Assembly (NCBI GenBank): GCA_937928385.1
Contig: CALEZD010000079.1
Span: 296 to 64,295 of the forward strand
From: an uncultured Bacteroidota bacterium
GTDB lineage: Bacteria > Bacteroidota > Bacteroidia > Chitinophagales > Chitinophagaceae
Reading direction: 5' to 3'
Length of the DNA: 64,000 bases
The notes below the pieces were generated by a model. The model was not told the DNA's origin, searched no databases, and was given only the letters and a program-made list of their open reading frames with translations. This document shows positions 29,496 to 40,040 of this stretch, piece after piece. How positions within the stretch are numbered: the stretch's first letter is position 1; each line of letters starts with the position of its first letter. The position numbers and the translations under genes were made by a program.

Positions 29496-30840
29496 GTGTC
29501 TTTCTTATATATACGGGGATAGCTGCCAGTACATAGCAAACGATAGTAGTATTGGTACGCATGGCAGAGTGCATTGAGGTAAGTAATGCCATACAAAACA
29601 ATGCCGCGCTTATACCCATCCACAACCTGTACCGTTGTTTGCGTAGCCAGTAAACAGGAAACAACAGTAACACAATGGCCGCCAGCAAACCACCTAAGCC
29701 GTGCTCGCTCATCAGGCGTGTCACCTCAGTATGTGCGGCTGAATCGGGTGGCGCGCCATAACGGGTCCGTAAATCTTTTGCTCCACCGGGCCCGGCGCCA
29801 AACAGGAAATACTCTTTAAATATATTCCAGTCGGCAGTAATGAGCGTCGTACGGCCTGATGTAACCTTATTCCATGTTTTCTCCTGTTCACCCGAAATGG
29901 TGGCGATGGTTTCTCCGCTATAACGTTGTGTGAGTTTATGCCCGGTCAGTTCATCTACCTTATTAAAAACAAATACTCCCAGTGCAGCGAAAACAATCAT
30001 GATGGCAGAATAGCGGATAAATGTTTTTCGATTGACTATCATAGCAAAACCAATAGCTACATATACAGATGCTACTGCTGTAAATACACCACCACGCGAA
30101 AAAGTAAGAAAGCTGCGGAAAAACAGGAACGCAATGAGCAGGTAACATGCCCAGCGTGCTACTATTGGCCTTTTGAGCAGGAGCAGCAACATGGTGTATA
30201 ATATTCCCAATCCTAATACGGTAGCCACCTGGTTGGTGCCACCACCCGCCGCCTTGAAGTTGGCCCCCAGCATAAAGTTAACACTGCTGATAGCAGGCGT
30301 TTTCAGTATGAGGTACATAACAACAAATACTATGGGCATCAACCCAAACTGCAGTGTCTTGGCAAATCTTTCAATATCCCATCTTTCACGGGCTGCCAGC
30401 ATCAACAGGAATGCGAGTTCTAATGTGGGCAGAATGTTGAATACCCATTGGTCGAAGCTAAACCCGGCCAGGTTAACGATGAGGCTCGGTAATAATAATA
30501 CCACTATTAACGACCCTGTTTTATACAGAGGTTTGTTAGAAGCAGTTTTTATATGATGCAGTAATATAGCAGCTATGGCAAAGAGCAGGTAATATTTACC
30601 AATCTCATCAGGTACAACGGCACCTTTTACCATACGCGCCCATACCTCCACTATTGGCGATGCCGCGATACAATACCATATCCAGTCCTGCCTGCCGGAT
30701 ACTAAGGCAGCCAATGTGATGAGAAATACAGCAGCCCATACAGCCGTTACCAGCAGGGGTACATAACACGCAACCGTGCCGATTGCCACCAATGCAGCTA
30801 CCTGTAGTATGTTGAGCTTATTTGCTTTGTATGCGCTCAT
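29482..30840 (-). CDS. O-antigen polymerase/ligase-family membrane protein (Wzy-like)
   Basis: 452-aa ORF with at least 10 TM segments and a large loop region (about residues 300-390, containing SAAHTE). This is typical of the Wzy_C/O-antigen ligase family. Confidence 0.7.
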   Translation of the reverse strand: MSAYKANKLNILQVAALVAIGTVACYVPLLVTAVWAAVFLITLAALVSGRQDWIWYCIAASPIVEVWARMVKGAVVPDEIGKYYLLFAIAAILLHHIKTASNKPLYKTGSLIVVLLLPSLIVNLAGFSFDQWVFNILPTLELAFLLMLAARERWDIERFAKTLQFGLMPIVFVVMYLILKTPAISSVNFMLGANFKAAGGGTNQVATVLGLGILYTMLLLLLKRPIVARWACYLLIAFLFFRSFLTFSRGGVFTAVASVYVAIGFAMIVNRKTFIRYSAIMIVFAALGVFVFNKVDELTGHKLTQRYSGETIATISGEQEKTWNKVTSGRTTLITADWNIFKEYFLFGAGPGGAKDLRTRYGAPPDSAAHTEVTRLMSEHGLGGLLAAIVLLLFPVYWLRKQRYRLWMGISAALFCMALLTSMHSAMRTNTTIVCYVLAAIPVYIRKTRAGQ

Positions 30841-31982
30841 TCATCAACATTGTACACCTTAGCCATACGTTGCCTGAAACGTTCGTACGTGAATAGCCTG
30901 CTCATTTCAATAGTATTTTGACTAATACCCGAAAGTTGAGCATTGCCAGCTACACGATTAAGCGTTTCTATTATACTATGTGGTGTATTATCAGTCATCA
31001 GGAAACCATTAACCCCATCAGTTATCTGCCGTGTTATGGCAGACAGCGATGTGGTAACCGGTATACAGCCATAGGCAGCAGCTTCTGCAACCACCTTCGG
31101 GAAACTCTCTGAACTGCTGGGGAGTACCAGGAAATGGGCGTCTGCATATAATTTATTCAATACCTCCCTGCTGATATCGCCTGCCACAGTAATTCGTAAT
31201 TTTTTATTAGCCTTCGCGCTTTCTTTTACTTCATCTAACAACCTGCCGCCTCCGGCAATATGTAATTGTGTATAACACGTATTGAGTTTTTCACTCTGTA
31301 GTGCGTCCAATAACTGCATGATACCCTTAGTAGGCATCAGGTTGCCGACAAACAACAGGTGCAATTCTTTGCTGAAGTTTTTTTGCAGGCCGACGGCATT
31401 CATTGCTTCTATTTCGTGCCCATATATGCATGGGTTTTGCATATCGTGCACGTTTGCAGATTCCTCTTCGTTCTTACCGCTGATAATCACTTTAATATTA
31501 GGCTTACGTACCCGTTTCAGCAAACTTCTCTGTACCCGGTAGGTGAACGGAATGTTTTTGTCCGTCCACTCCCCGGCATATTTGTGCGCGTATATTCTTT
31601 TTTTATCCAACAATGAAAGTAATATCATCAGGAATGCAGGATGCGAAGGCCCACGTGTATGTACATGGGTAGCATGGGGCAAATACTTTAATATCCTGAA
31701 CAGGAAGACAGGATATGCCGCTAGTACGAAGAATATATTTTTCCAGCCGTTGCGACTGACGCAAGGTAACATCTCTGCATGTATCTTATTACTGTCAACC
31801 GGTTTCAGCGTAGCCTTTTTATGTAAAGTTCTTGCACCCAACCAAATGATATTGTCGAACATATCGCCTACGACCTTTAACTCGCGCAATACGGGATCGA
31901 AGACCAACAATTGGCCAGCATCATAATACATGGCGGTATCAGATACTACTAAGAGTGTACGCTTTTGTATATCTCCAGGCAC
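30837..31982 (-). CDS. Glycosyltransferase (GT-B, family 4/1-like)
   Basis: 381-aa ORF with motif LPSSSESFPKVVAEAAAYGCIPVTT. Confidence 0.8.
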   Translation of the reverse strand: MPGDIQKRTLLVVSDTAMYYDAGQLLVFDPVLRELKVVGDMFDNIIWLGARTLHKKATLKPVDSNKIHAEMLPCVSRNGWKNIFFVLAAYPVFLFRILKYLPHATHVHTRGPSHPAFLMILLSLLDKKRIYAHKYAGEWTDKNIPFTYRVQRSLLKRVRKPNIKVIISGKNEEESANVHDMQNPCIYGHEIEAMNAVGLQKNFSKELHLLFVGNLMPTKGIMQLLDALQSEKLNTCYTQLHIAGGGRLLDEVKESAKANKKLRITVAGDISREVLNKLYADAHFLVLPSSSESFPKVVAEAAAYGCIPVTTSLSAITRQITDGVNGFLMTDNTPHSIIETLNRVAGNAQLSGISQNTIEMSRLFTYERFRQRMAKVYNVDE

Positions 31983-32971
31983 CTGTTAATATAATCTTCG
32001 GGGTTGAACTTCTTTTTATATACTTCGCGCATTTTGTCCGGCAATTCAGTGTCAGTAATTATTTCCCGGATGCGTTGTTCCCATTGTGATTGTTCAAAGT
32101 TCTGCATAAGCAGTTGAGGCAATTCAGCTGACACTGTTTCTGCCGCACTGCCTGTTTTGTGAGCGATAAATGGTAAACCAGCGGCCAGGTATTCTATCAA
32201 CACCAGTGGCCCTGTTTCCTTAGGTGAACAGTGTATGGCAAGATTGTATTGCTGATAAAGCTGTGAAAAATCAGTTATACCGTTAATGATACGAATGCTT
32301 CCGTCATTGCCTGACAGAGCAAGTAACATATGATAATAGTCCTGTTCAATAATATTGCCGTAAATATCAAGTTGCCATCCCATACGCCTGCACAATTCAA
32401 TAGCAAACTCAATATTTTTCACTTGCCTGATATTGGCAACTATCATGGCTTTTTTACCGTTCGCCTTAATTGTTGAGCGTCTGATTTCAGGCATGGCAGT
32501 ATTTTCAAGAAGGAAAACATTTTGTTTGGCAATCTCTATTGTATTTTCCGCCCAGGTGGTTTGCTCCTTATTAACACCTATATAATATAGTGGCTTGAAA
32601 ATGCCCTTGAGTCGCACAGGAATATCAATAGTAGCGGCGGCATGGTCGTGGAGTATAAGTTTGTACTTGCCACCAAACAGCAATTGCGCTAACCTGATGT
32701 AAGCATATACATGCCTGAGGTGGGTGTGCACTATATCGTAACTGCTGCATATTCTATGTGCTTTATACAAAGTGAAAGGGTTGAATTTATTACCCCTGTT
32801 CAGCACATGAATTTTCAGCCTGCTGTCTAATTCTTTATCCAACGCACTACCTGCCGTAAAAAGTAATACGCCGGTATGAGCATTGCGTTCTGCAAGCAGC
32901 CCCGTGAGATTGACGAACAGTCGTTCAGCCCCACCTGTTTCCAACCTGTCTATAACATGCAGTACTTTCAT
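31949..32971 (-). CDS. Glycosyltransferase family 4
   Basis: 340-aa ORF with N-terminal KVLHVIDRLETGGAERL and C-terminal PKETGPLVLIEYLAAGLPFIAHKTGS. Confidence 0.8.
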   Translation of the reverse strand: MKVLHVIDRLETGGAERLFVNLTGLLAERNAHTGVLLFTAGSALDKELDSRLKIHVLNRGNKFNPFTLYKAHRICSSYDIVHTHLRHVYAYIRLAQLLFGGKYKLILHDHAAATIDIPVRLKGIFKPLYYIGVNKEQTTWAENTIEIAKQNVFLLENTAMPEIRRSTIKANGKKAMIVANIRQVKNIEFAIELCRRMGWQLDIYGNIIEQDYYHMLLALSGNDGSIRIINGITDFSQLYQQYNLAIHCSPKETGPLVLIEYLAAGLPFIAHKTGSAAETVSAELPQLLMQNFEQSQWEQRIREIITDTELPDKMREVYKKKFNPEDYINRCLEIYKSVHS

Positions 32972-34587
32972 TGTGCTGCTCTTCGTTTGGCCAATTCTTC
33001 GTTGGCGATAGCCAGGTTGGTTTTATATCCTTTACGCAATGCCGGTATCTTATACAAAAGGAACAGTAAACGCGCGATTTTCTTCATGATATTTCCGTTG
33101 ATGATAAGCTGGTTCATATACTTGATACGCACATGGCTTTTCAACTGTTTGTCGGAAAAGTATTTTTTTGCAATAAATATTTCGCTGGGACCGGGGTTCA
33201 GAACTTTAGTAATGGTGTTTTTAGTCATGAAGTTGGTCACAACTCTTGCATTGTGTGCCCTCAGTCCGCCTGATGGTGCACGGTGATGGCCTATTTCAGC
33301 CGAAGGATCGAATATCATTAAGGCACCATTCAAATGGCAGCGCATAGCCAGGTCGTGGTCGGCCTTTACATTCCGGTTAAAAAACATATCCATTTTCCCC
33401 GCCTGTTCCACTACCGACTTTTTGATTAGTGTAATTGGAAATGTATCGGACATATAATAATGATAGTTAGGTTCGCCATACACTATGCCTTTTTCCCTTA
33501 CGTTGGATGCTACCATGTCGGCATCGAAGCGTTGCATGGTTTGCAACATTTTTTCAATGAGTGCAGGTTGTATATCATAGGCATCGTCGCCAAAAAAGAA
33601 AATATATTCCCCGGTGGCTTCATCTATCAGTTTGTTCCAGGCCAGGCATTGTCCTTTTTCATCTTGCGGAAAATAGCGGACAGTAAGATTCGGATACTTC
33701 CCGAAATCAATTTGTTGCCTTCGTTCTTTGTCAGTCTGGTCGGTAATTAATACTTCGTGCGGGAGTATAGTTTGTTCATTCAACTCACGCAGTTCCTCTT
33801 CCAGGTAAGGATACCTGTCAAGTGTGGGTGCCAGTACTGAAACAGTAGCATATTTTACAGGCGTATTTGTTTGTACAGATGAATGTAAAGCAGGTAGCGC
33901 CTGAATAGATTTTATATTTTTTGTACTACGCCAGGCTTTTAAGTTTTCGAAAAAGCCAGGTTTATTGAACAATATCCATCCTTGCCATTTTTTAGTAAAA
34001 AACCGGCGGGCGAATACCCATTCATCTTTGAGAGGTATGTTGACAATATCTGTTACGGATTTGTTTAGCAGCGCGGCATGATACCGGATAATACCACCTT
34101 GTTTCAGTACCTGGTAGCCATAGGCTATACCTGCCATTTCCAGGGTGTCATACTCTATTGAAAACAAGCCGGTCTTTTTAAGTACATCCGTCCTGATAAG
34201 GCACACACGAAAACTCAACCGGAAATTACTGTGTATTCTCTCATCTGTGCCATCAACATTATACATCCATGTAGGGTGTACATAGTTGAGTACATCCGGC
34301 AGGCCACGCGTACCTAAACGTAAGCCTGCATGAAATGCGTCCACTGGACTTGTTGCCAGTTGTTGTATCAATTCAGTATCGGGTGCTCCTAATGCAAAGT
34401 CCCAAAAAACTATCCATTCGGCGTCAGTAGTTGCAATAACCTCGCTGACAATTTCATGCAGCTTTCGAACAGTTAGTTCCGATGAATACGATTTCCCGTA
34501 TGGCCATTGCACGTTGGCAGCATCTTCAGAAAAATATACCAGGTCGGCCCTAATGTCCATTATGCAATAGCCTGTAAAAGGCTTCAA
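32968..34587 (-). CDS. Glycosyltransferase family 2 with extra N-terminal domain
   Basis: 539-aa ORF. The C-terminal half has GT-A motifs (VSVLAPTLDRYPYL, ITDQTD, FFFGDDAY). The roughly 250-aa N-terminal half resembles a degenerate GT-A C-lobe. Confidence 0.7.
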   Translation of the reverse strand: MKPFTGYCIMDIRADLVYFSEDAANVQWPYGKSYSSELTVRKLHEIVSEVIATTDAEWIVFWDFALGAPDTELIQQLATSPVDAFHAGLRLGTRGLPDVLNYVHPTWMYNVDGTDERIHSNFRLSFRVCLIRTDVLKKTGLFSIEYDTLEMAGIAYGYQVLKQGGIIRYHAALLNKSVTDIVNIPLKDEWVFARRFFTKKWQGWILFNKPGFFENLKAWRSTKNIKSIQALPALHSSVQTNTPVKYATVSVLAPTLDRYPYLEEELRELNEQTILPHEVLITDQTDKERRQQIDFGKYPNLTVRYFPQDEKGQCLAWNKLIDEATGEYIFFFGDDAYDIQPALIEKMLQTMQRFDADMVASNVREKGIVYGEPNYHYYMSDTFPITLIKKSVVEQAGKMDMFFNRNVKADHDLAMRCHLNGALMIFDPSAEIGHHRAPSGGLRAHNARVVTNFMTKNTITKVLNPGPSEIFIAKKYFSDKQLKSHVRIKYMNQLIINGNIMKKIARLLFLLYKIPALRKGYKTNLAIANEELAKRRAAQ

Positions 34588-35770
34588 ACTTTTTCAATTG
34601 TTCCTCAATAGTGAAATTATCTGTCACGTGCTGCCTGCCGAGCTTACCTATTGCGAGAAGGAGTACCTTATTATTATAGCACCATTCTAATTTTTCAGCT
34701 ATTGCTTTTACATCATAAACAGGCACAACGAAGCCTGTTACGCCGTTCTGAACATTTTCTGACAGGCCATCTGCATTAGTAGTAACAACGGGTAGTTCCA
34801 TAGCCTGGGCTTCCAGTACGGCATTGCTGAACCCTTCTGATATAGCAGGGTGCAGAAACACATGCGCTTCCTCCAGGTGCTGTTTTACATCTTCCGAAGT
34901 ATGTGCAGGTATTATACGAACCTCCTCTTCAAGCCCTAACTCTGAAATAGCGAACAGTACTGGTTGCTTGTAATTGCCATCAGCAATTATCCGGTACTCA
35001 ACAGGTATGCCTTTTCCCTTTAACAGCGCTACAGCTTGTATACCATATTCATATCCTTTTTTCCATGCCAGCCGGCCAACGCTTACTATGGTAAATTTAT
35101 AGGAAGACTTAGTGTTCCCGGACGGCGTAAAAAAATCAGTATCAATACCCGGCGGGATTAAGGTTTCAATTCTGTTGGGTTGATAGCCACGTTTTATAGC
35201 TCGTGTTTTCAGATCATTGCCCAGGAAGTGGAAGGCGTCAAAATTCTGCCATACCTTTTTATAATAATTTTTGTCTTCAAGCCCGGTATAATTTATATCA
35301 TAACCCCGGAAACTGACGCTCGTTTTACAACGTACATAATCTTTTATATCGCTGAATTGGTGGGCCAGCGTGCCGTATTCAAAGTGTATGATGTCAGGCT
35401 GTAAATACAGTATTGGGAAGTACAAACTAAACCGTGTAAATACTTTCCGGTAATTCCATCCGTGATTTTTAATAAGCCTGAACAGTAAAGGCCAACTGAT
35501 TTGTGGAGCAAAAATTAACCCGGCGAGGTTTTTGAATAAGATCCTAACTATATTCTTTGTATCCAGTTTTTCGTAAAACAGGTGAATGTGTCTGGACGGT
35601 AGTTTATTAGTGTACTTCTGGTAAAACAATTTTCTATTTGCATTACTGTCCCAACAAATAAAATGAACATTGAACTTTTGAGACAGGCCAAATAGCTTAT
35701 ACTTCAGGAAATCAGTAGCAGGTAATGGAACTGAATTTGCAACCAGTAGTATTTTCAGCTTTCTGCTCAT
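34550..35770 (-). CDS. Glycosyltransferase family 4
   Basis: 406-aa ORF with WKKGYEYGIQA and HPAISEGFSNAVLEAQAMELPVVTTNADGLSENV. It is a paralogue of the 44297-45445 product. Confidence 0.85.
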   Translation of the reverse strand: MSRKLKILLVANSVPLPATDFLKYKLFGLSQKFNVHFICWDSNANRKLFYQKYTNKLPSRHIHLFYEKLDTKNIVRILFKNLAGLIFAPQISWPLLFRLIKNHGWNYRKVFTRFSLYFPILYLQPDIIHFEYGTLAHQFSDIKDYVRCKTSVSFRGYDINYTGLEDKNYYKKVWQNFDAFHFLGNDLKTRAIKRGYQPNRIETLIPPGIDTDFFTPSGNTKSSYKFTIVSVGRLAWKKGYEYGIQAVALLKGKGIPVEYRIIADGNYKQPVLFAISELGLEEEVRIIPAHTSEDVKQHLEEAHVFLHPAISEGFSNAVLEAQAMELPVVTTNADGLSENVQNGVTGFVVPVYDVKAIAEKLEWCYNNKVLLLAIGKLGRQHVTDNFTIEEQLKKFEAFYRLLHNGH

Positions 35771-37023
35771 AGTTTTAACAAAGCTTCTTTGAATTTCTCA
35801 TCCAGCTTTTCTTTAAAATCACCGGTTATCCCAAACCTGTGCTGGAACCACTTTACTTCATAGCCGCCTTCTGCAATATGTTTGTCGGCAGGCAGATATA
35901 TTCTTGTGCCTGCAAGGCAGCCTATCTTTAGGGTTGGGTAGTTGTTCAATGCCGCAGCAACAATGTCTTTATATTCCGCCAATACTTCAGCTGAAACGCC
36001 TATAAACTGAATATTATCCGCAAAACTCAACTTCCTGAAGTCAATATTATGGGTATCGTCCTCACCAATTATTTCATTTAGCGGCAGCTTGTATTGTGTG
36101 GTTGAAAGTTTTGTAACAGGTGTATTAGTTGATGATTTCAATACTGCTTTTGTTTCTTTCCACAATAAGCCAATCCACTCCAGGTAGTGGCTGGTGGATG
36201 GGAAACGTGTGTATTTAGGCCCAAACTGGAAAAAGTAATTAATCCTGTCTTTGAGACGAGTGTGTGTGATCGGTGTTACATCCGGCTTTATATTTCCTGC
36301 AAACCCGATAAAGAAGACAACAGACAATTTTTCATTCTGCAGGTAACCTCTCAGTTCATTTCTTATCAGCCCGGGAAAATCGGCAGATACCTGGCTGCGG
36401 TGCCTGAACCCGACAGGATGACAGGCATAGTTCCATAATACCATTTCGGATTGACCTGATTCATTTTTCAGGTGTATGAAATGGATGTCATCATCCTTCA
36501 CCCCATCATAGTCAGGGTACATCAAGGTTTTCCAGTATAATTTGAGCCCGCCTTTAGGCCGTAATAGTTTTTTACGCCGGTTGACATTTAAAGATGATTT
36601 GCCAGTTCCGTACGATACAGAAACCTTTTTATAATCCGCTGTCAACGTGTTTTGTGTCAGATGTTTTAATTTTTCTGTCACCAACTTATAATAATCTTCG
36701 TCCACTCGTCCGAGACCCGGCTTTTCCCTATCTAATCCCGGTGCGAAATGTGTATGGGATGCAGCCATCCATATATCCTTCTCCTGAAGATTGTATTGAG
36801 CACCGAATTGCTTTATTATTATCTGTGTAAACTCTTCCGGTACAAATAAGGTGTCGATAGAGTATAGCAAAACATATTTTCCTTCCTGCTGTAGCACAGC
36901 CAGGTTGATTTCCAGCCTGTCATGTATTTTGCTGTAAGCGCCGTGACGCTCCGCAAATCCGGCAAGGGCAATAGGCTTGTCCGGGGTTATATCAATATTA
37001 CCTGCTGAAAGGAATAAGTCCAT
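35767..37023 (-). CDS. Neutral/alkaline-ceramidase-like hydrolase domain protein
   Basis: 418-aa ORF. The N-terminal pattern GNIDITPDKPIALAGFAERHG..KIHDRLEINLAVL ... MAASHTHFAPG parallels the ceramidase_alk catalytic-domain pattern (DIT..GY..GIH..L.ARA ... THTHSGPG). Confidence 0.55.
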   Translation of the reverse strand: MDLFLSAGNIDITPDKPIALAGFAERHGAYSKIHDRLEINLAVLQQEGKYVLLYSIDTLFVPEEFTQIIIKQFGAQYNLQEKDIWMAASHTHFAPGLDREKPGLGRVDEDYYKLVTEKLKHLTQNTLTADYKKVSVSYGTGKSSLNVNRRKKLLRPKGGLKLYWKTLMYPDYDGVKDDDIHFIHLKNESGQSEMVLWNYACHPVGFRHRSQVSADFPGLIRNELRGYLQNEKLSVVFFIGFAGNIKPDVTPITHTRLKDRINYFFQFGPKYTRFPSTSHYLEWIGLLWKETKAVLKSSTNTPVTKLSTTQYKLPLNEIIGEDDTHNIDFRKLSFADNIQFIGVSAEVLAEYKDIVAAALNNYPTLKIGCLAGTRIYLPADKHIAEGGYEVKWFQHRFGITGDFKEKLDEKFKEALLKL

Positions 37024-37026
37024 GAA

Positions 37027-38793
37027 TTATTGTTTACGTTTTATGATGTAGTTACCTATTACCAGCGCGTCAATTTCAGAGTTCAGCAATACGTCAATAG
37101 CCTGTTCGCTATTGGCGACTATCGGGTAGCCGTGCAGGTTAAATGATGTGTTGAGCACGCAGGATATACCTGTTAGCTTTTTAAATTCACTGATGATGGC
37201 ATATAGTTCAGGGCTTCTTGCTTTGGTTACGGTTTGTGCCCTTGCGGTAAAATCTGCCTGGTGAATACCGCAGGTTATTTTGTCCCTTGCTGCTTCCCTG
37301 GTGTCAAATGCAAACATCATATAGGGAGAGCCTTGCTTTTGTAAAGATGCGGGAATTTCTATCATGGTTGCTGCATCCTCCCAAAGCATTGCCGGTGCGA
37401 ACGGCATCCAGAAGTCGCGTTTCTTTACGCTCCTGTTTATCTTATTGACATTCTGCATGCGCGATGGATTGGCGAGTATGGAACGGTTGCCTAATGCTCG
37501 CGCGCCGAACTCCATCTTTCCGCTGCAATGGGCAACGATCAAGTTGTTGCTCAGCATAGTAGCTACGCTGTTTGCTATATCAGATGAATTTTCTATTGTT
37601 ATTTGGCTACTATATTTATCTAAAGCCACAGACAAATCATTTGAACATTCCGGACCGAGCGTATAAGTATTCAATAAGTCACAGGCTTTGGCATACTTAC
37701 TGTTGTATACATGGAATGCAGCACCGAAGATATTTGACTCATCACCACAGGAGGGGAATATATCTATATATTCTATTTCGGATAATTGAGAGAGTAGTTT
37801 ATTCAGTTTCACATTCATGAAAACACCTCCAGAACACAGTATTTTTTTAATACCATATTTCCTGGTATTGCCCTTTACCCAACGCACGACAATATCTTCC
37901 GCAAAAGCCTGTAATCCGGCTGCTATATTATCAAACCGCGCACCGGTCAGGTTTTTTATTACTTCTGCAAAGAATACAGAATGGTTGATAAAATAAGGAT
38001 TAGCAAATTCGGTATCGTCATTTACCAATTTCAGGTAGTGTTCGAAAAAGGCCTTGTATTTTTCCGCATAGTCCGGGTTCACATAAGGTGCCAGCCCCAT
38101 TAGTTTGTATTCATGTTCGTGACTGCGAAAACCCAGGTGATGTGTTATAGCGGAATATATATTACCAACAGAGTATTCATTTCCGGCTGATTTCCTTTCA
38201 ATCTTTCCCTGGTGACCGATACTCACAGTAGAGCGCAGGTTATCTCCACCCCCATCCAGCGTGAAGATGAGGTATTGCTCATCCGTATTTTCTGCCAATC
38301 CGTAATATACCGAAGCTGCATGACAAAGATGATGCTCTACATGTATCACCTTATTTATGTCTAACCCGTAGGTTTCAAGTTTTTTATATAACTGTTCGTT
38401 GAAACTTTTATCAGCTTTTTGTTCTTCTTTAGCCTGTATGTATGATTTATATAAGCCTGCTGACTTCAGTTTGTTTTTAATATCCAGTTTGGTGCGTTCC
38501 AGCTTGACGTTATATGCCAGCAGTTTTCCATAGTTATAATGGTAACCGTAACGCTTGTAAAATTTATCGCGGGAGATATCGCTTAGTATCTCATCGCATA
38601 CCGCAATGTCTGTTAAATCACCCGGGTTGAAATAGCCTTGTCCTATGAGATACTGTAGGGCCTGCTCCGGAAATCCAAACCAGTTTTTAATCCTGTTGAA
38701 GCGTTCCTCTTCCACACAAATAACAGGTCGCCCATCCCTGAACAATCCGACTGAACTGTTTATACCTGCATTTATAGCTAATATCAAACTCAA
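37027..38793 (-). CDS. Carbamoyltransferase (NodU/CmcH family)
   Basis: 588-aa ORF with N-terminal ILAINAGINSSVGLFRDGRPVICVEEERFNRIKN and HHLCHAAS, plus a C-terminal carbamoyltransferase domain (NTSFNLHGYPIV). Confidence 0.85.
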   Translation of the reverse strand: MSLILAINAGINSSVGLFRDGRPVICVEEERFNRIKNWFGFPEQALQYLIGQGYFNPGDLTDIAVCDEILSDISRDKFYKRYGYHYNYGKLLAYNVKLERTKLDIKNKLKSAGLYKSYIQAKEEQKADKSFNEQLYKKLETYGLDINKVIHVEHHLCHAASVYYGLAENTDEQYLIFTLDGGGDNLRSTVSIGHQGKIERKSAGNEYSVGNIYSAITHHLGFRSHEHEYKLMGLAPYVNPDYAEKYKAFFEHYLKLVNDDTEFANPYFINHSVFFAEVIKNLTGARFDNIAAGLQAFAEDIVVRWVKGNTRKYGIKKILCSGGVFMNVKLNKLLSQLSEIEYIDIFPSCGDESNIFGAAFHVYNSKYAKACDLLNTYTLGPECSNDLSVALDKYSSQITIENSSDIANSVATMLSNNLIVAHCSGKMEFGARALGNRSILANPSRMQNVNKINRSVKKRDFWMPFAPAMLWEDAATMIEIPASLQKQGSPYMMFAFDTREAARDKITCGIHQADFTARAQTVTKARSPELYAIISEFKKLTGISCVLNTSFNLHGYPIVANSEQAIDVLLNSEIDALVIGNYIIKRKQ

Positions 38794-40040
38794 TGTATCG
38801 TATTTTGTTTTGCCAACATGGTGTCTAACACTTGTTGCATCAACGCAGCAGTGAACTTTTCAGCCCCCTCAATATTCAGATGCTCCGGGTCAAATACATT
38901 CCCCGGCCAGATGTAATCAAGCTGCGAAAGGTTATTCTCTTGCAGGTCTGACACATCAATGTAAGTAATGTTTTCATGGCGTAATTTGGCTATTTCCTTG
39001 TCAAACCATGAATGCCCGCCGGTATTCAATACTATATCGTTGTATATGGACTGTGGCAATTTTACTAGTACCAGTTTACAGCCTTTTTTTTGGAGAAAGC
39101 CAGCCAAATTTACTATTTCTTCTATCCTCGCTTCGTCAAATGTATTATCCTTAATGTTAACAACTGCCGCAGATTGCAAATATTTTATGAATTCTGTTTC
39201 GTTATCCAGGTATTTTTTGTCTATGGATTTCCGGTACATATTTCCACCTCTGAACCAATCATCGTATTTGTTCTTCAAAGTAGTTGTTACATCGTAACGC
39301 AACTGGGGCATGCATAGGTACTGTTCTATCAATTGGTCAAAAGAGGGTTTTTCTTCCCTGCTTTTTATCGCTTCTTTCACATACTCATGGCTGTGTTGGT
39401 TTTTATAGCTCTCCAGCATTTCCACCTTGTTCATTCCATATAGCACTACCGTTCCGGGTTTAAACGTTAAACCGATAGAATCAGCATAGCGCATAAACCA
39501 TGATGCTATGAAAGGAGTGTTATTTCCAGTAGTGAAATCCAATAAGTATTTGTCCGGGTGCTTTTCGTAAAATACCTGTCTGCTGAAGTCACAAAAGAAG
39601 ATAGAACTGCCCAGCAGTATTAAATCGGGTGCATGGTGTTTCCACAATTCATATCGTAGCCCCGGGTGTTCCCTTAATATATGTGGTTGACATTTATACC
39701 TGAATTGCGGTAAAGTAAACTCGGCGGATGTGGGTGTAGAAACGGGATAGTCATTATTGAGAATTATACTGTCATACATACCGTACATCCTGTTTAGGAT
39801 GATTTTTCCATGTTCAGTCTGCCGTTCCATGAACTTAAGGCGGTACGTTTCTTCATTAATTATGCTGATCTGTTCAGGACGTATGCTTAGTTGATTGGGG
39901 TAAATAGTATAGTACACTTTATTCGCAACTAATAACAATGCTAACGGCGAAAATAATATGATGACTACAAGTCTGTACCGCAAGTTGTCAAAAATTAAAA
40001 TATAGAAACTGCGGGTTATCTCCGAGTAACACCACCGCAA
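38790..40040 (-). CDS. DltD/AlgJ-like SGNH-type partner of the MBOAT acyltransferase
   Basis: 416-aa ORF with an N-terminal TM anchor, a candidate Ser block LILLGSSIFF and a C-terminal DPEHLN (D-x-x-H). It sits immediately downstream of the MBOAT gene. The start is uncertain (53-nt overlap). Confidence 0.5.
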   Translation of the reverse strand: MRWCYSEITRSFYILIFDNLRYRLVVIILFSPLALLLVANKVYYTIYPNQLSIRPEQISIINEETYRLKFMERQTEHGKIILNRMYGMYDSIILNNDYPVSTPTSAEFTLPQFRYKCQPHILREHPGLRYELWKHHAPDLILLGSSIFFCDFSRQVFYEKHPDKYLLDFTTGNNTPFIASWFMRYADSIGLTFKPGTVVLYGMNKVEMLESYKNQHSHEYVKEAIKSREEKPSFDQLIEQYLCMPQLRYDVTTTLKNKYDDWFRGGNMYRKSIDKKYLDNETEFIKYLQSAAVVNIKDNTFDEARIEEIVNLAGFLQKKGCKLVLVKLPQSIYNDIVLNTGGHSWFDKEIAKLRHENITYIDVSDLQENNLSQLDYIWPGNVFDPEHLNIEGAEKFTAALMQQVLDTMLAKQNTIH

